Assembly (NCBI RefSeq): GCF_009914755.1
Contig: NC_060926.1
DNA length: 64,000 bases
Origin: the human T2T-CHM13v2.0 reference genome, Homo sapiens
Strand: one strand, 5' to 3'
In this document: positions 30,076 through 44,343 of the stretch, piece by piece
Position numbering within the stretch: position 1 is the stretch's first letter
Layout of the letters: every line of letters begins with the position of its first letter
The notes under the pieces: model-generated
Told to the model about the DNA's origin: nothing
Database searches by the model: none
What the model saw: the letters and a program-made list of their open reading frames with translations, nothing else
Made by a program: the position numbers and the translations under genes

Positions 30076-33000
30076 ATGCATTTTTAAAAGCTTCCAGGTG
30101 ACTCTAGTAAAGGCGGTCATCAGCCGACACTTAGAGAATATGGGTGTGGTGAGAAGCAAAGTGTGGATGCAAATTCTGGCCTCTTGACCTACCATTATGT
30201 GTGCCCAGGCAGTGAACTAACTAGGCATTCTTCAAAAGAACCTGTTTGAACCAGAGCATTTAATGTCACTTCTCAAAATGAAGATGCCAGAACACAAATA
30301 GTAATCAGGGGCTAAGCTTTCAAAGGTAATATTTGTCAAAGACTTGTGAAAAATATAGTACTTTCAGAATCAATGTTGTCTTCCCAACCAGACAACAACA
30401 AAGATATTATTTTCAAACAAAGATGTTCTTAGCCTGCGCCAGACACAGGTAGGCATTTTCCCATATATTCTCTCATTTGTCCTCACAACAGCCCTGTAGG
30501 GAGAGCATTTATTAATTCTCCCATTTTCCAGTGTGGAAATTGGAACTTGAAGGGGGTATACGACTAGTATAATGTCATACAATTGGCCTTGATGAGACTC
30601 TTGATTCAGAGCATTCTCCACTATATCAGAACATAAATGGAGTTGGAAACAATGCACCTTTAACCTAACTACTCAGGAATTTGTAGCTGGAGGAACTACA
30701 TGGACTTGGTATTTGGTGGGAGCTCCTGCTAATGAAGGCAGGGGCAGCACTGGGCAGACCTGCTGGAGGCAGAGATGGGGACTGCTGGGATGGCTACATG
30801 CACAGGCAGGAAGATGATGGGACTGCCTGCAGCAGGAGCAGACAGGCAGCAGCTGGATTTACCCAAGGGAGAGGGAGTGAAGGTTTTCTGGGTGAACAGG
30901 ATCTGGCCCCTGATCTGGCCACTGGGGCTTGGCCAGCATAGCTGGTAGAGGAGCTGGAACATGGATGCCAGCTGCAGCTGCTCACTGTATTTGTCCCTAT
31001 TCTGTCCTGCTCTCCAGCCCCTCATTTCTTGAGATCTGTCCTTTTGTCCTTCCTTTATATAGAGGATGGAGGATGCTCTGCTCACCAGATCTGGCCTGGA
31101 GAGGCCCTATTCTTGGCCTCAGTTTCAGACTGGGGGCAACCACAGAACAGCAGACTGAACTGGATCCTCCCACTTCAACAAATACATCCCTTCTGCCCCA
31201 GCCAATGCCTCCTTTGACCTAGGACGCCAAACCATGAAGATCTCCAACCTTCCCTGGGTTATGAAAAGATTTAGAAAGTAAACAGCGTCCATGGGCTGAA
31301 CATTTCAGGAGGGTCTTGGCTGCTGTCCCCTACACCTAAGCTACACTGGTTATTTGACACACAAGGAGGAGCTGCACTGTCTCAGCTAGAAACTTCTCTT
31401 CCTCCTTCCCACAGACCCCGTGACCGGGATGAGACAGGGCAGCTTCTAGATAGATAGACCCTGGTGTGGAAATTTTTCCACCTGTCGAACAGTACTTGCC
31501 ATCAACCTGGGTGCTTCCCAAGGATGACAGATTTAAGGAGGGCATCTCCTCTTATTAGTCATCTTGGGACAGTGTGCAAAGAAATTAGCCTATATTTTTG
31601 GAAATTATATTTTTAAAAACTCAAGAATTGGAATTTATATACCTGCTAAGATTTGTCCTACACACCAGATTTAGAGGTTTCGCTGTTATAAGGAGCCCAC
31701 TTCCCTAAATAAAATTCCACTCAGAGCTTCAAAGCTAAGGCCCTTTCTTCCTGAGGTTCCTCTCTCCTAAGGGTTGCTCTGACACCTGTGGCCCCTCCAG
31801 GTGCCCTCTAGGATACCAAGCAACCAGTGTAGACACCAGGTACTCCTCTTGATTCTTTCCAGCCCGTTGAGATGGGCTAGGACTCTTAAAAGACCACACT
31901 GCACCAAATAGCCCAAAGACAGACACAAATAACAAGATGCATAAAGTGGAATAAATCATATGATATAGGGCCCAAGACCTGCCTGAAGCTGGCTGGCAGA
32001 TGCCCGTTCTATCTTGTCCTACCACATCTCTGGGACAGTTTCAGGCTCCTGTGCAGAATGACATTGCTTTCAGCCCCGAAGGCCACCAGACGCAACCTTC
32101 TCAAATGCCTTGGTGAGCTTGTAGGCAAGGCTAAAGGAAGGTTCTATCCTTTCTGGCCTGCCCCACTACTCCTGTCCTCACAGGCCTTTCTCACAGCTAT
32201 TGTCAGAGGTGGTAACTGTCTCAGTGGCTAATTCCACCTTTCACATGGGACCCCACCTCCTATATCTAGAGTGTTGCCTGGTCCCTGATGTGGTGGAAAA
32301 ATGTCAACTTTACAATGACCCTAAGGTTCACTGTTGCACAGGTATTTTGACCACGTGGTCTTCCTGAAACAGGGACATTTTGTCAGTTCAGACTAACCAC
32401 AGACCAGGTTGTTGATTTTACCTGAAAGTATTTTCTGTCACCTTTGAAACACTAGGTGGCTAATATGGTAAACACATTACAGTGAGTGACCTACTTAGAT
32501 CTGTTTAAATTGGCCTTTGCGTGAGTTTTGGTTACAATGATTCTTTTATTTTTAGCAGGAATGAGAGATGAATGCCTTCTTGCAGATCAGGGTCACATTT
32601 TCTTGCCTTCGTCAAGTAGGGCAGAACAATTAGTCCAGTTATCCAGGCAAGAGACTCTAGGCTTCTGAGATTCAGATTCTCAGCACAGAGGCAGCCTGGG
32701 CCCCTGTGCACAGCCTGAGCCCCTGAGAGGGCCTTGATAAGCTTTTGATTAAGTCTGCTCCCATTAGGTGCTGACAATTCACGCTAAACAGGAGTGTGGG
32801 TGCTGGAAAATGAAGCAAGTGCAGAGTCAGTAGTAGTCTGGATTCTATTTCTGTTTTTCTCTCCAGATAACCTTGGGGAAAATATTCACCTCTTTGAGCC
32901 CCAATTCTGCCATTTGTGTTTTGTTAAAAAAAAAAAAAAAGGAGGGAAAAAAACATCTACTAAATCACACTGCTTTATAGGTGCAACCATTTCCTAGGAA

Positions 33001-33169
33001 ATACTTTAAACTAGTTCATACTAAAGTGTTAGTGACTCATCATTTCACTGGCCTTCTGTTTTTAAAGGAATCAGAAGTGCCCTGATCTCTCAGAGTTTCT
33101 GGGTTTGGGTGCAAGGCTTAGCATTTTATAGATATAACCTCATTTAATGCTCAAAATAGTCCTATAAGG

Positions 33170-33357
33170 CTGTAGTTCTTATTCTTCAGTATGTATGAGA
33201 GTCACCTGGAGTGCTTGCTAATGCAGGTTGCTGGGACCCATTCGCTGAGTTTCTGATTTGGTAGGCTTTGAGCGAGCTTGAGAATTTGCATTTCTAACAA
33301 GGTCCCAAGTACTGCTGATGCTCCTGCTTGAAGACCACACTTTGAGAACTGCTGCTG
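33170..33357. mobile_element. MER5A inserted in a MIR (~33120-33515)
   Basis: gagtcacctggagtgcttgc...gagaatttgcatttctaacaag...gaccacactttgagaac. Confidence 0.85.
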
Positions 33358-35059
33358 TGAGGTATGTGTACATTTATCTCAGTCTTACAGAAGAAGACTC
33401 TGGGACATGGAGAAATGAAGAAACTTGATGGAAACCACTTAGTGGTAGAACAGGGATTTGCAGCCATGTTTAGTTGGACCCCAGAGACCTGCTATTGACC
33501 AGTGAGCTACATGGTCTCTAAAGAAGAGGCTGAAAAGGAAGAGTCAAGAGATGAAACAGATCTTGCCCATTCATGATTTTGCTGGATCCTATGAAATCCA
33601 TAACCATCCAGGAATCACTTTCCCATGTCTAGCTAGCACTATGGAATCCTTGGCTTCATTTGAATCTTTCCAACGATGAAAAGTTATCAAAGTTTGCTGG
33701 ATAAATGTTATTTTTAAAAGCAAAATTGCTAAAGGTCTGAGCTGAGGACTCCTGACCTTGGATAAGGGCTTAAATTCTGACTCAGCAATTTCTTAACTGT
33801 GTGGCCTTGGACAAGTTATTTATGTTTATTGTTCTTCACTTTCTTCATCTGTACAGTGGGCATATAGCATCTGTGCTAGAGTTATTATGAGGTTTAAATT
33901 ACACTAAAGATAATAATATGCATAATAAGCACATAATAAATGATGGTGGGCATAGCAGTGATAATTGTAGTAGTCCCTATCATTGTAAAGTGAGATAAGA
34001 AAGAGTTTGCAGGATTGAGTGGGAGAGCTGGCTGACCAGGCAGGTGAGGAAGGAGTGTTAAGGGGAGACAAGTGTGGTCTGAGTGGGTGGAGATGAGGTA
34101 GAGAAGGTAGGGCCAGAAAAATCTAACTAAATAAAATTTAGTAGCAGAGAGGAGCTTGGTGTTGAACAGCCAGACATTCTGCCACTGATTGTGAACTGAG
34201 TTCAGAACATTTGCTGAACTGTCTCTGTTTGTCCTTGGTGGCGGTGATGACCAAGGAGATTGAAATACTACTACCACGGGCTTCATGGAACCCGGTTCTA
34301 AGATACTGGGGAAGGTGACAGAGATTGGGGGAAAATACAGCACTTCTGGCCCCACTTTGTGTGAGGCAGGGTGACCCTAGGCTTTTTATTATCACAGTCT
34401 CTTTCATGTGTGATGCATTCCAGAGGAATGACACATCCTGGAAAGGGGTCCCACTTTGAGTCAAATGAGAGATTGAATCCCTGCTCTGCCATTTACTAGC
34501 TGTGTTTCTTCTTGAGTTCCTTAACTTATATCTTTGAGCTATATCTTCTTCTTTTGTGAAGTAGACACAGGAGTGCCCATGCTACAAGGCTGGTTGGTGT
34601 TAGGATTCAAGTAAATAAATGTCAGAAATCTGCTACAATGCCTGACCTGCACTAGGCCTCCATAAATAGTCTTTTTCGTTTCCCTGTCTCATGATCTCAG
34701 AGTCCCATGAAGAAGGTTAAGACACATAACATTACCTCCATTGTTCAGAGGAAGAACTGTTAAGTGATTTGCATAAAGGTCACATAGCTAAAAGTTGATA
34801 TTTCTCAAATTCTGGCTGTGGCTTTCTACGACCCTGTGGTGTGCCCTAAGGAGGAATAATAAAATGTGTTTCACTTAATTGGTACTTATTACCTGGAGTG
34901 AAGGATTCTAGGCTGTGTGAGATTGAGGAAGAAGGAGACACGATGAATCAGCCATGTCTGCATGGCTAGGGGTCTGCAACAGGGCAGCAGCGGCTCCTAT
35001 GTAGTATACCTGTCATGCTTGTCCGAGGTGAGTACTTTCTCAGTAAGAAAGCTTCTAGG

Positions 35060-35330
35060 GTGGGCAAGATGATGCACCAAAGATTTATACTCAAATCCCA
35101 GGAGCCAGTGAATATGTTCCATTACACAGTAAAAGGGATGTTGCAGATATAATTAAGGTTACAGGCTTTAAGATAGGGAGACTATTCTGTATTATCCATA
35201 TGGGCCCTATATAATCACATGAGCCTTTAAAAGCAAGAAGTTTTCTCATGCTGGAGTCAGAGAAATGTGGCATAAGGAAAAGATGGACAAATTGGATGCA
35301 TGTCCTTGATGGCTTTGAAGATGAAAGGGG
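35060..35330 (+). mobile_element. MLT1D/E-like LTR, 5' part
   Basis: gtgaatatgtt...aaaaggga..ttgcagat.taattaagg; aatcacatgagcctttaaaagc; ggctttgaagatg. Confidence 0.75.
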
Positions 35331-35548
35331 TCAGGAAAATTTTTTTATAAAGAAGCAGATAGTAAATATTTTTTTGGCTTTGCAAGACATGTGGTCTCTG
35401 TTGTGAGTACACTCCTCTGTCATTGTGGAGCAAAAGCAGCCATAGAGAATGTACAAGTGAATGGACGTGCCTGTGTTCCAGTAAAATGTTATTTACAAAA
35501 GCAGATTGGCAGGCTGGAATTGACCTGCAGGCTATAGTTTGCTGATGG
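35326..35548. mobile_element. MER58A
   Basis: cagatagtaaatattt, aaagcagccataga, ctgtgttccagtaaaa..ttatttacaaaa, tagtttgctga. Confidence 0.82.
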
Positions 35549-35569
35549 TTTTCAGACATGCTGGTTAGG

Positions 35570-37385
35570 TAATTTATACAATGCCCCTCTGCTGGAATTT
35601 GTCTGATGCTTTTCTATTTTTTAAATTAGTTATTTATTTGTCTAATGTTTTTCTTATGATGACACTGGAGGCATAGGTTTTTGAGGGGAGGATCACAGAG
35701 GGAAAGTGCCATTTTCATCACATTATATTAAGAACACATACTATCAACATAATTTATGACTGCTGATGTTGACTTTGATCACCTATCTGAAGTAGTGTTT
35801 GTCAGATTTCTATACTATCAAGTTATTCTTTTTTCTCCCCATTCCAGACTGCACACTTTGGAAGGAAGCTGCTATGTGCAGCCCACAGTTAAGGAGTGCG
35901 AAATTTTGCTCCCTTTCCTTTAAGGTGGATTGTCCTCATAATTTATTTGGAGTTCTTCTACATAGAAGATTATCTTTTCTCTGTATTTATTAATTCATTT
36001 GATCATTTATATCAGAATGGACTAATGGATATTTATTTTATATTGTGGATTATAATCTAATACTATTTATTTTCTTATTCAAATTATTCTAGCTTTTTGA
36101 CCAACTTTAAAATTTTGTAAATCTATTAGATTTGAAATAGTATCTTGTTGGGATTTCAGTTGCCTTTTCCCTCATTAACAGAGAGGTTGAGGGTCTCTTC
36201 TCATTTTTTGTGGGCAATTTGTGTTTTGTCTCCTGTGAAATGCCTTTCCATGTCTTTTGTTCTTTTCTTTAATTGTTTTAAAATCTTTGTCTAATTAATC
36301 TGTGGAGCTATTTATACAGCCTGGATATTAACCTTTGTTAGTTATATCTTCTTCTAGTTTGAGGCTTGTCTTTTTGTTCCTTTTATAGTGTCCTTTGATG
36401 AATAGGAGTTTGTTTTTAACCTTAGACAAATTTAGTCAATCTTTCTGTTATGTTTTGTATAATTTTGCTTAAAAATTATTTTCTCCTACAAGATTATGAT
36501 AGAATTCTCTGACATCTTCTAAACCTTTTACAATTAAGGAATTACTTATCTTGGATCAGATTCTGGGTGTAGTGTGAGGTAGGGATCAAATTTCTATTGT
36601 TTTTCCATATCAATAACTAAATACTTCAGCATCTATTGTTGAACTATGTCTCATTTGTTCACTGATCTGCAACTTTGTCATGAAATAAATTTATGACTTT
36701 GTATTCTATCCCAAACCAGTACTAATTTTTCTTAATTCTTGTAGCTTATTTCTTTCTTCCTTAATTTCTTTTTTAACAAGTCTTGCTATTTGGTGGGGCA
36801 AGTCATTTACTTTATTCTTCAGGAGTGTCTTTCTTATTTCTATTAGTGTCAGTTTTTCAAATTCCACACAAAATCCTGTATGGATTTTCACTGGAATTGT
36901 ATTCAATCTTTGTATGTATTTGGGAAGAATCGGCAAGTTTACAATATCGAGTCTTCTTTTCCAAGAACATTGTATTTCTCTTTTAACTTTCATTTATTTT
37001 CAACAGTCTTTCAATAGAATTTTATAATATTCTCCATAAAGATCTTGCATATCTTTTTTAAAAAGATTTATTCCTATTCAAAGGATTTTCTTTGTTCTTC
37101 CTAGTATAAAAGTATTCATTTCTAGAAATTAAAATTTCTAGATATTGTTGGCATGTAGCAATATAGCGAATTCCCATACTGATTTTGTATCCAGAAAATT
37201 TGCTAAAGTCTCTAAGTAATTCAAATAATGAATATGTAGATTATCTTTCATTTTTAACATAGAAAATCCTATCACCTGTACCTAATATGTTTCATTCTTT
37301 ACACTCCAATTTTTATACCCTGATTTATTTTTGTTAAATTCAGGCACTGACCAGGACCTCTATTACAGTGTTGAGTAGAAGAGTT
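35570..37385 (-). mobile_element. Old L1M segments (L1MC-like 3'UTR followed by degenerate ORF2)
   Basis: aagtgccattttcatcacatt, gactttgatcacct; ORF 36706-36993 CSWKRRLDIVNLPILPKYIQRLNTIPVKI is homologous to L1 ORF2 [17 protein letters not shown]. Confidence 0.8.
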
Positions 37386-39499
37386 CAGAGTTTACTCCTT
37401 GACTTACTCCTTTGACCTCCATCAGAGTTCTGAAGGGAAAGAGTTCTTTCCCTTGAAACCTCTGCTAATGAAATTTCTCCATCTTATAGTCTTAGGAAAT
37501 GTGATATGGTGGGTGTATAAAGAAAACTGGCAGACCAGACCAGCCAGTGTGTGCTTGTGCTTCTAAAGTCATGGCAGGTCTATTTCATTTGACTTAAATA
37601 TAAACTTAAATTTCAATAACTGAAAAAGATAATAATGCTGAAAATAGTAATTCTACTGTATGGGTACTCACCTCCTGTGAGTAAAACCCTTTCTCTGGAG
37701 TTACACCCCTTCTTTGAGATCCTCACATTTCCTACACGAAACATCGTATATTCCTCCATCACAGGACTCCTGGCAATAGCTGCTCTACAACTTAGGCACA
37801 GATCCAAAGCTCAACACTTCTGCTACTTTCTTAAAACAAATTATTGGAAGAGTACTGAATTAATAGAATGTCAGTGTTAAAGGTCTCACATAATCCCTAT
37901 TTCTATGGTAGCTCAACTTCCATGGTAACAGAGGTTTATAGTTGCTGGTCGTTAAACACTACAGGAGTAAGGGTTACAGCTTGGTAGCTTGGGCTATTCG
38001 TCGCTGAGCCTGGCCCATCCTTGTGCTTGCTGCTGAAATCTGACAAATGTTTACTTGCTTCCAGATCTCTCAGGCATGCTGCCCAACTTTTTCTTGGATA
38101 CCATCAACTTGCTCCAAGATTAGTGCCTCTCAAAGTATGATTGGTTCACAGTGACATAAGTGCAGACAGTGACAGCAAGCACTCAGACCCTTTTACAACA
38201 AACAGGCTGACATTGTCTTGACATTTTGACTATTACTAAAAGTACCAGTTCACAATGGATTAGATTAAAAAATACTCCTGTATTGCAGACAATCCTTGAC
38301 ATTCAGCCTGTTGTTTTGGAGGAAGGCAAAAGGTAAGGATCATCCCAGTTCGTTTTGTTATTCCTTCTGCTTTCCTTTTCCTTGAAATCTTAGCTTCAAC
38401 TGCACCTTCACAGACACCTTCTCTGCCTATCTCTTCCAAGTCATACTTAATTGTTCCTTCCTTTGTGTTCCCACATGTCTTGTAACTTCATTTGCTACTA
38501 TTGCATTCCGCTTTGTTTTATAGTTGTCTGCATGTCTGTCTTCACTCCACATTTAATTTAGAGCCCCCAAGGATAAGATTCATGTTTGGTTTCTACCCAT
38601 TAGGGAGCCCATGTTATTGGCCTCTCCCACTTGAACACTGGATTGTATCTTTTTCATGTCTGCCTGTGCATGATACATTGTCCCTAATGAGCACATATTT
38701 GCAGATTAAGTGTATAGGTTCTATATATACATTGACTCATTCAACAACTGATTTTGAGTACTGACTCTATGCCAGGCACTGTTATAAAAGCTTGTGAGCA
38801 AGCAGTGGCCAAGACCCATTAAGTTTCTGTTTTCATGCGGCTTACAGTATATAGTAGGTAGAAATGAACGCATGATAAAGTCAGTGGTTATTTGGAGAAA
38901 TAACACAAGGCCCCACAAGTAGCTAATGCATCTCTCTGGCTTTATCATTTCAAAACAGCTTTCCCCTGGTTTTGGCAGGATGAATCAAAAAGGGACAGTC
39001 AGTCTGTCTTCAAAATAATCAGAGACTATACTGAAAGTGCTTTATGATAGGCTCCAGCACCAGAATCATTCATTTTAGGCGCTCATTTTGTGCATCCAGT
39101 CATGATGTAAGAAATACCACCCTATAATCTTGTCGTGTTGACAATGCTACTTGGGGAGGCCCTTATCATTGTGTCTCAGCCCCACTGTGGGAACTTACAG
39201 ATTGTGCTGCAGAAAAGGATAATTTGAAAACCAAAATGGTGAAGGGAGAGAAACAATTGCTTACTTCTGAAAATCAGGGCTTCTGTTTGGAATGTGATCC
39301 TGTCACTGCCAAGTTTAGAGTCCAAGATGCCTAAAATAGAGCTATTATTTCAAAATGTTTCAAAGTGATGGACTAAATTTGTCCAAGCAATAGCTTCTGT
39401 AAACTAGATCAGTGGTTTCTAGACTTTATTTTTGCTTAAGAAGCAGCACCCTTAATTGGAAAAAGAGCTTACGGAAAAGCTAAAGTTATAAACCAGATT

Positions 39500-41000
39500 A
39501 ATTTATTAGTTCAACAGATAGTACTTGAGTACCAAATGCCAGACACAATACTAGGCACTTTTGTCAACATCGGTAAACAAAAAAATTGGTTTTCAAAGAG
39601 TTTACACCTAAGTGTGAGAACATAAGAGCAACAACAACAACAAACCATGTGCCATGGAGAAGATAAAGATGGGAGGTCGGGTTAGAAATTGCCAAGTTTG
39701 ATGTGGTGCAAAATGCAGGGTGGTTAGGAAAGGCCTCTTCAGTAAGTTAGCATTGGAACAGAGAGCTGGAGTAAGTGAAAGAGGGAGACTTTAGACTATC
39801 AGGAGGATGAACATTCTAAGCAAAGAAGCAAGTGCAAATATCCTGAGATAGGTGTATGTGTGCAGAGTTCCAGGAATAGTATGAGGCCCGTGGGTCCTGT
39901 GGATGGAAAGAGTAAAGGCAATTGAGACTGCAGAGGTAGGGAGGGGGATGAAGAATGGGGACATCATGATTAAGGTTTTGGCTTTTTTTTTTTAAAGAGC
40001 CCTAAGTGAGATGATATTAAGCTATTGAAGAATTTTGAGCAGAGTAGTCACAGGATTTGCCTTAAATTTTATATTTTGCCTCAGGAAGTGCATGAACTAT
40101 GTATCTATAGTAACTAGAAGGAAGGCAGGGTATATGGGTACAAATGCAGGTAGTTTGAAAGATGTGATGATGGGATCTTGTGAACTATTTCTTCTGATTG
40201 CTTCTTTTTCCTCAGTGAATTAAGAAGCAGAGTAATCAGCCACGAGTGAGTATGTCAGAGGACTTGTTAGAGTTGTTCAAAGAGAGAGAAGCCAAAATAG
40301 TTTTTCAGCAGTGCGGGGATATAAAAGTGGACTTGGAAAATAGAAGGGCTGCCAGACAGCACAAAGTGTTGGTCATGAATTAGTTATTTGTGATCCTACT
40401 ACCTCCTTCACCATGGCAAGGTATCAGGAGAGAGGAGGGTGGAGGCCCAGGCTCCCCACAGTGCCAGCAGCAAAGTTGGACTGAACAGAAAAGAGGGGGC
40501 AAGGGAGAGATTTTAACAATGATGAACCATAGTACCCAACCTGAGTGCTGGGGGGAAGGATAACCAAGCAAAGGAAAGACCAGAAGACTTTAGGTCTTTT
40601 TTGGGTCACAGCATTGTGGTGATAAGTAACAGAGGAGTATTAGAGAAAGTGAGGTACAAAGACATGTAAATGGGTCAGGGAGAAACTGCCCAAAATTAAG
40701 ATTGAGGGAGGGTCAGTTCCCTTCAGTGTTAATGAGGACTAATGTATGGCCACAGGAGAGAGTTAAGGAAGTTGGGGCTTAGATCGCTGGAGGAGATAAT
40801 GTCAAGTAACTGAAAGGCCTAAGTACAGGAAGGTTCATCTATATGGATATTGAAATCATCAAGAATCAAGACAGGAGTAGCGTTGGAGGTAATGGCAGGA
40901 CACCAGGAACTACCTTTTCCTAAAACTGCAAGGAAGAACTGTACAGGAGTCTATGGATGGTTGAGGAAGGGTGGTGGGTGGAATAGTTTTGCTGCAAGAG
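39500..41000 (-). mobile_element. Long degenerate L2
   Basis: Begins with antisense L2 tail (ttcaacagatagtacttgagtacc..tgccagacac); purine-rich antisense L2 body. Confidence 0.6.
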
Positions 41001-41617
41001 CTCCTAAGCCAGGTGGGGATGACTTAAGGAGGAAACAAGAGCAATGGCCAGTGTAGGAAACCAAAACAATTCTCATTAAACATCCAGGGTTTCCACAAAG
41101 GCCTGAAATATTTCAGACTGAAGGAGAAGCAAAATTTTGAAGCAAGGGCTTTGAAAAAGTGTTATGGACAAATGCATGCCCAACAAATTCCTTGTGCTCA
41201 TTGGTTTGTTTTTATTTGTTTGTTTCTCTGGCTGTGTATGTATACTTAGTACTCCAAGAATCAAACCACTGCAGGCAGTGATGTGCAGCTCTAAGTAGTA
41301 ACACCTGCTGCTCCTAAGAAGACACTCAGACATCTTCCTGTCTGCTCTCCACCAGCTGCTGTTCATCTTCTGTTTGGAGCTCTCATCTCTGGTTCTCTGT
41401 CCTAGCCTCTGTTACAAAACTTTGGACCCTTTATTCTTAGACATGTTTATATCCCTTCTCTGGTTTACTGGACCCAGCGTCTTTCTCCATTCTCAACCTA
41501 AATGCTCACTTGTTTTTATGATTCACTTTTGGCTTCATCTGTCAGCTACTAGCATGTTACTGGGGAGAAGGCAGATGGTGGAGCCTCTTGTCCTCCAAAG
41601 TAAGATCACAATGTTCC

Positions 41618-43847
41618 TGACATGGTTTGGCTGTGTTGCCACCCAAATCTCATCTGGAATTGTAGCTCCTATAATTCCCACATGTTGTGGGAGGGACCTG
41701 GTGGGAGATAATTGAATCATGGGGGTGGCTTCCCCCATACTATTCTCCTGGTAGTGAATAAGTCTCACAAGATCTGATGGTTTGATAAGGGGTTTCCTTC
41801 TTCACTTGGCTCTCATTTTCTCTCTTGCCTGCCTCCATGTAAGACATGCCTTTTGCCTTCCGCCATGATTGTGCGGCCTTCCCAGCCACATGGAACTGTG
41901 AGTCCATTAAACCTCTTTTTCTTTATAAATTATCCAGTCTTGGGTATGTCTTTATCAGCAGTGTGAAAAGTGGCTAATACAGTGAATTGGTACCAGCAGT
42001 GGGGTGCTGCTGTAAAGATAGCTGAAAATGTGGAAGTGACTTTGGAACTGGATAACAGGCATAGTTTGGAACAGTTTGGAGGGCTCAGAAGAAGACAGGA
42101 AGATGTGGCAAAGTTTGGAACTTCCTAGAGACTTGTTGAATGGCTTTGACCAAAATGCTGATAGTGATATGGACAATATGGTCCAGGCTGAGGTGGTCTC
42201 ACATGGAGATGAGGAACTTATTGGGAACTAGAGTAAAGGTCACTCTTGCGATGCAAAGAGACTGGCAGCATTTTGCTTCTGCCCTAGAAATCTGTGGAAC
42301 TTTGAACTTGAGAGAGATGATTTAGGGTATCTGCGGGAAGAAATTTCTAAGCAGCATATCGTTCAAGAAGAAGCAGAGCATAAAAGTTTGGAAAATTTGC
42401 AGCATGACCATGCAATAGAAAAGAAAACCCCATTTTCTGAGAAGAAATTCAAGCTGGCTACAGAAATTTGCATAAGTAATAAGGAGCCAAATGTTAATCA
42501 CCAAGGCAATGGGGAAAATGTCCCCAGGGCTTGTCAGAAACCTTCTTGGCAGCCCCTCCCATTACAGGTCTGGAGGCCTAGGAGCAAGCATTGGTTTTAT
42601 GGGCCAGGCCCAGGGTCCCCCTGCTGTGTGCAGCTTAGGGACTTCGTACCCTGCATCCCAGCCACTCCAGCCATGGCTAAAAGGGGCCAAGGTACAGCTT
42701 GGGCTGTTGCTTTAGAGGGTGTAAACCCCAAGTCTTGGCAACTTCCATGTGGTATTGAGCCTGTGGGTGCATGGAAATCAAGAATTGAGGTTTGGGAACC
42801 TCTGCCTAGATTTCAGAGGATGTATGCAAATACCTGGATGTCCAGGCAGAATTTTGCTGCAGGGGCAGGGCCCTCATGGAGAACCTCTGCTAGGGCAGTG
42901 TGGAAGGGAAATGTGGGGTTGGAGCCCTATACAGAGTCCCTACTGGGTCACTGCCTAATGGAGCTGTGAGAAGAGGGCCACTGTCCTCCAGACCCCAGAA
43001 TGGTAGATCCACCGACAGCTTGCACTGTGCACCTGGAAAACCTGCAGATACTCAATGCCAGCTGTGAGAGCAGCCAGGAGGGGGGCTGCACCCTGCAAAG
43101 CCCAAGGCCATGGGAGCCTACTTCTTGCATCAGCGTGCTCTGGATGTGAGACATAGAGTCAAAAGAGATCATTTTGGAACTTTAAGTTTTAATGACTGCC
43201 CTATTGGATCTCAAACTTGCATGGCTCCTTTGTTTTGGCCATTTTCCTATCTGGAGCGGATTTATTTGCCCAATGCCTGTACCTGTATTGTATCTGGGAA
43301 GTAACTAACTTGCTTTTGATTTTACAGGTTCATCGATGGAAAGGAGTTGCCTTGTCTAAGATGAGACTTTGGACTGTGGACTTTTGAGTTAATGCTGAAA
43401 CGAGTTAAGACTTTGGGGGACTGTTGGGAAGGCATGATTGGTTTTGAAACGTGAGGACATAAAATTTGGGAGGGACCAGGGGCAGAATGATGTGGTTTGG
43501 CTGTGTCCCCACCCAAATCTCATCTTGAATTGTAGCTCCCATAATTCCCCCATGGTGTTGGAGGGAGCTGGTGGGAGATAATTGAATCATGGGGGTGGTT
43601 TCCCCCATACTATTCTCATGGTAGTGAATAAGTCTTGAGATCTGATGGTTTGATAAGGGGTTTCCCCTTTCACTTGGCTCTGATGTTCTCTCTTGCCTGC
43701 CACTAGGTAAGACATGCCTTTCACCTTCTGCTTTGATTGCGAGGCCTCCCAAGCCATGTGGAACTGAGTCCATTAGACCTTTTTTTCTTTATAAATTACC
43801 CAGTCTTGGTAATGTCTTTATCAGCAGTGTGAAAATGGACTAATATA
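41618..43847 (+). mobile_element. Complete THE1B MaLR element (LTR 41618-41981, internal 41982-43487, LTR 43488-43847)
   Basis: Two ~360-bp direct LTRs TGA..GGTTTGGCTGTGT...CTAATAYA; 5-bp TSD GTTCC at 41613-41617 and 43848-43852; residual MaLR internal ORF pieces (42388-42969). Confidence 0.95.
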
Positions 43848-44343
43848 GTTCCAAAGAAGGGGAAGACTTTATAACTGTTGAAACCTGATATAAATATTGT
43901 ATAATATAAAAGCTACATAAGTATTACATAATAAAATTACCTAAAGGTACATAAAATGAGCTATATATATTATCAAACATCATTCATGGTTTTATTTGCT
44001 TTATAATAATGTAAAAACCTCACCTCCTTCATCAAGGGAGCAATATAAAAGACAAAATGAGTATCAGCTTGGGGCGGAAACTATTGCCATCATATCCAGA
44101 TTATTTGTTTTTCCCTTCAACTAATTTCTACAAGTAGTATCTCTGGCAAGTCAGAGTAGTATCTCTGCCTCAATGACTCACCCACACCCGGATCCACACC
44201 GAGAGAGAGAAATTTGGAGAGAGCCACCTCCCTCTACCACCTCCTTTCAAATTGTTCTTTCCAAAACCCTAATCAGGCTCCAGACCCTTCAGAAAACCTT
44301 TCAGAAAATACTTTTCTTTTGCTAGAAATCCTTCTGCATGGTA

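Noticed and set aside
31735-31900. Chromodomain-like EEYLVS..W peptide on the minus strand
   Set aside because: Similarity needs frameshifts and is limited to a few residues
44133-44167. 13-bp direct repeat AGTAGTATCTCTG
   Set aside because: Simple local duplication with a ~9-bp spacer; nothing further supports a function
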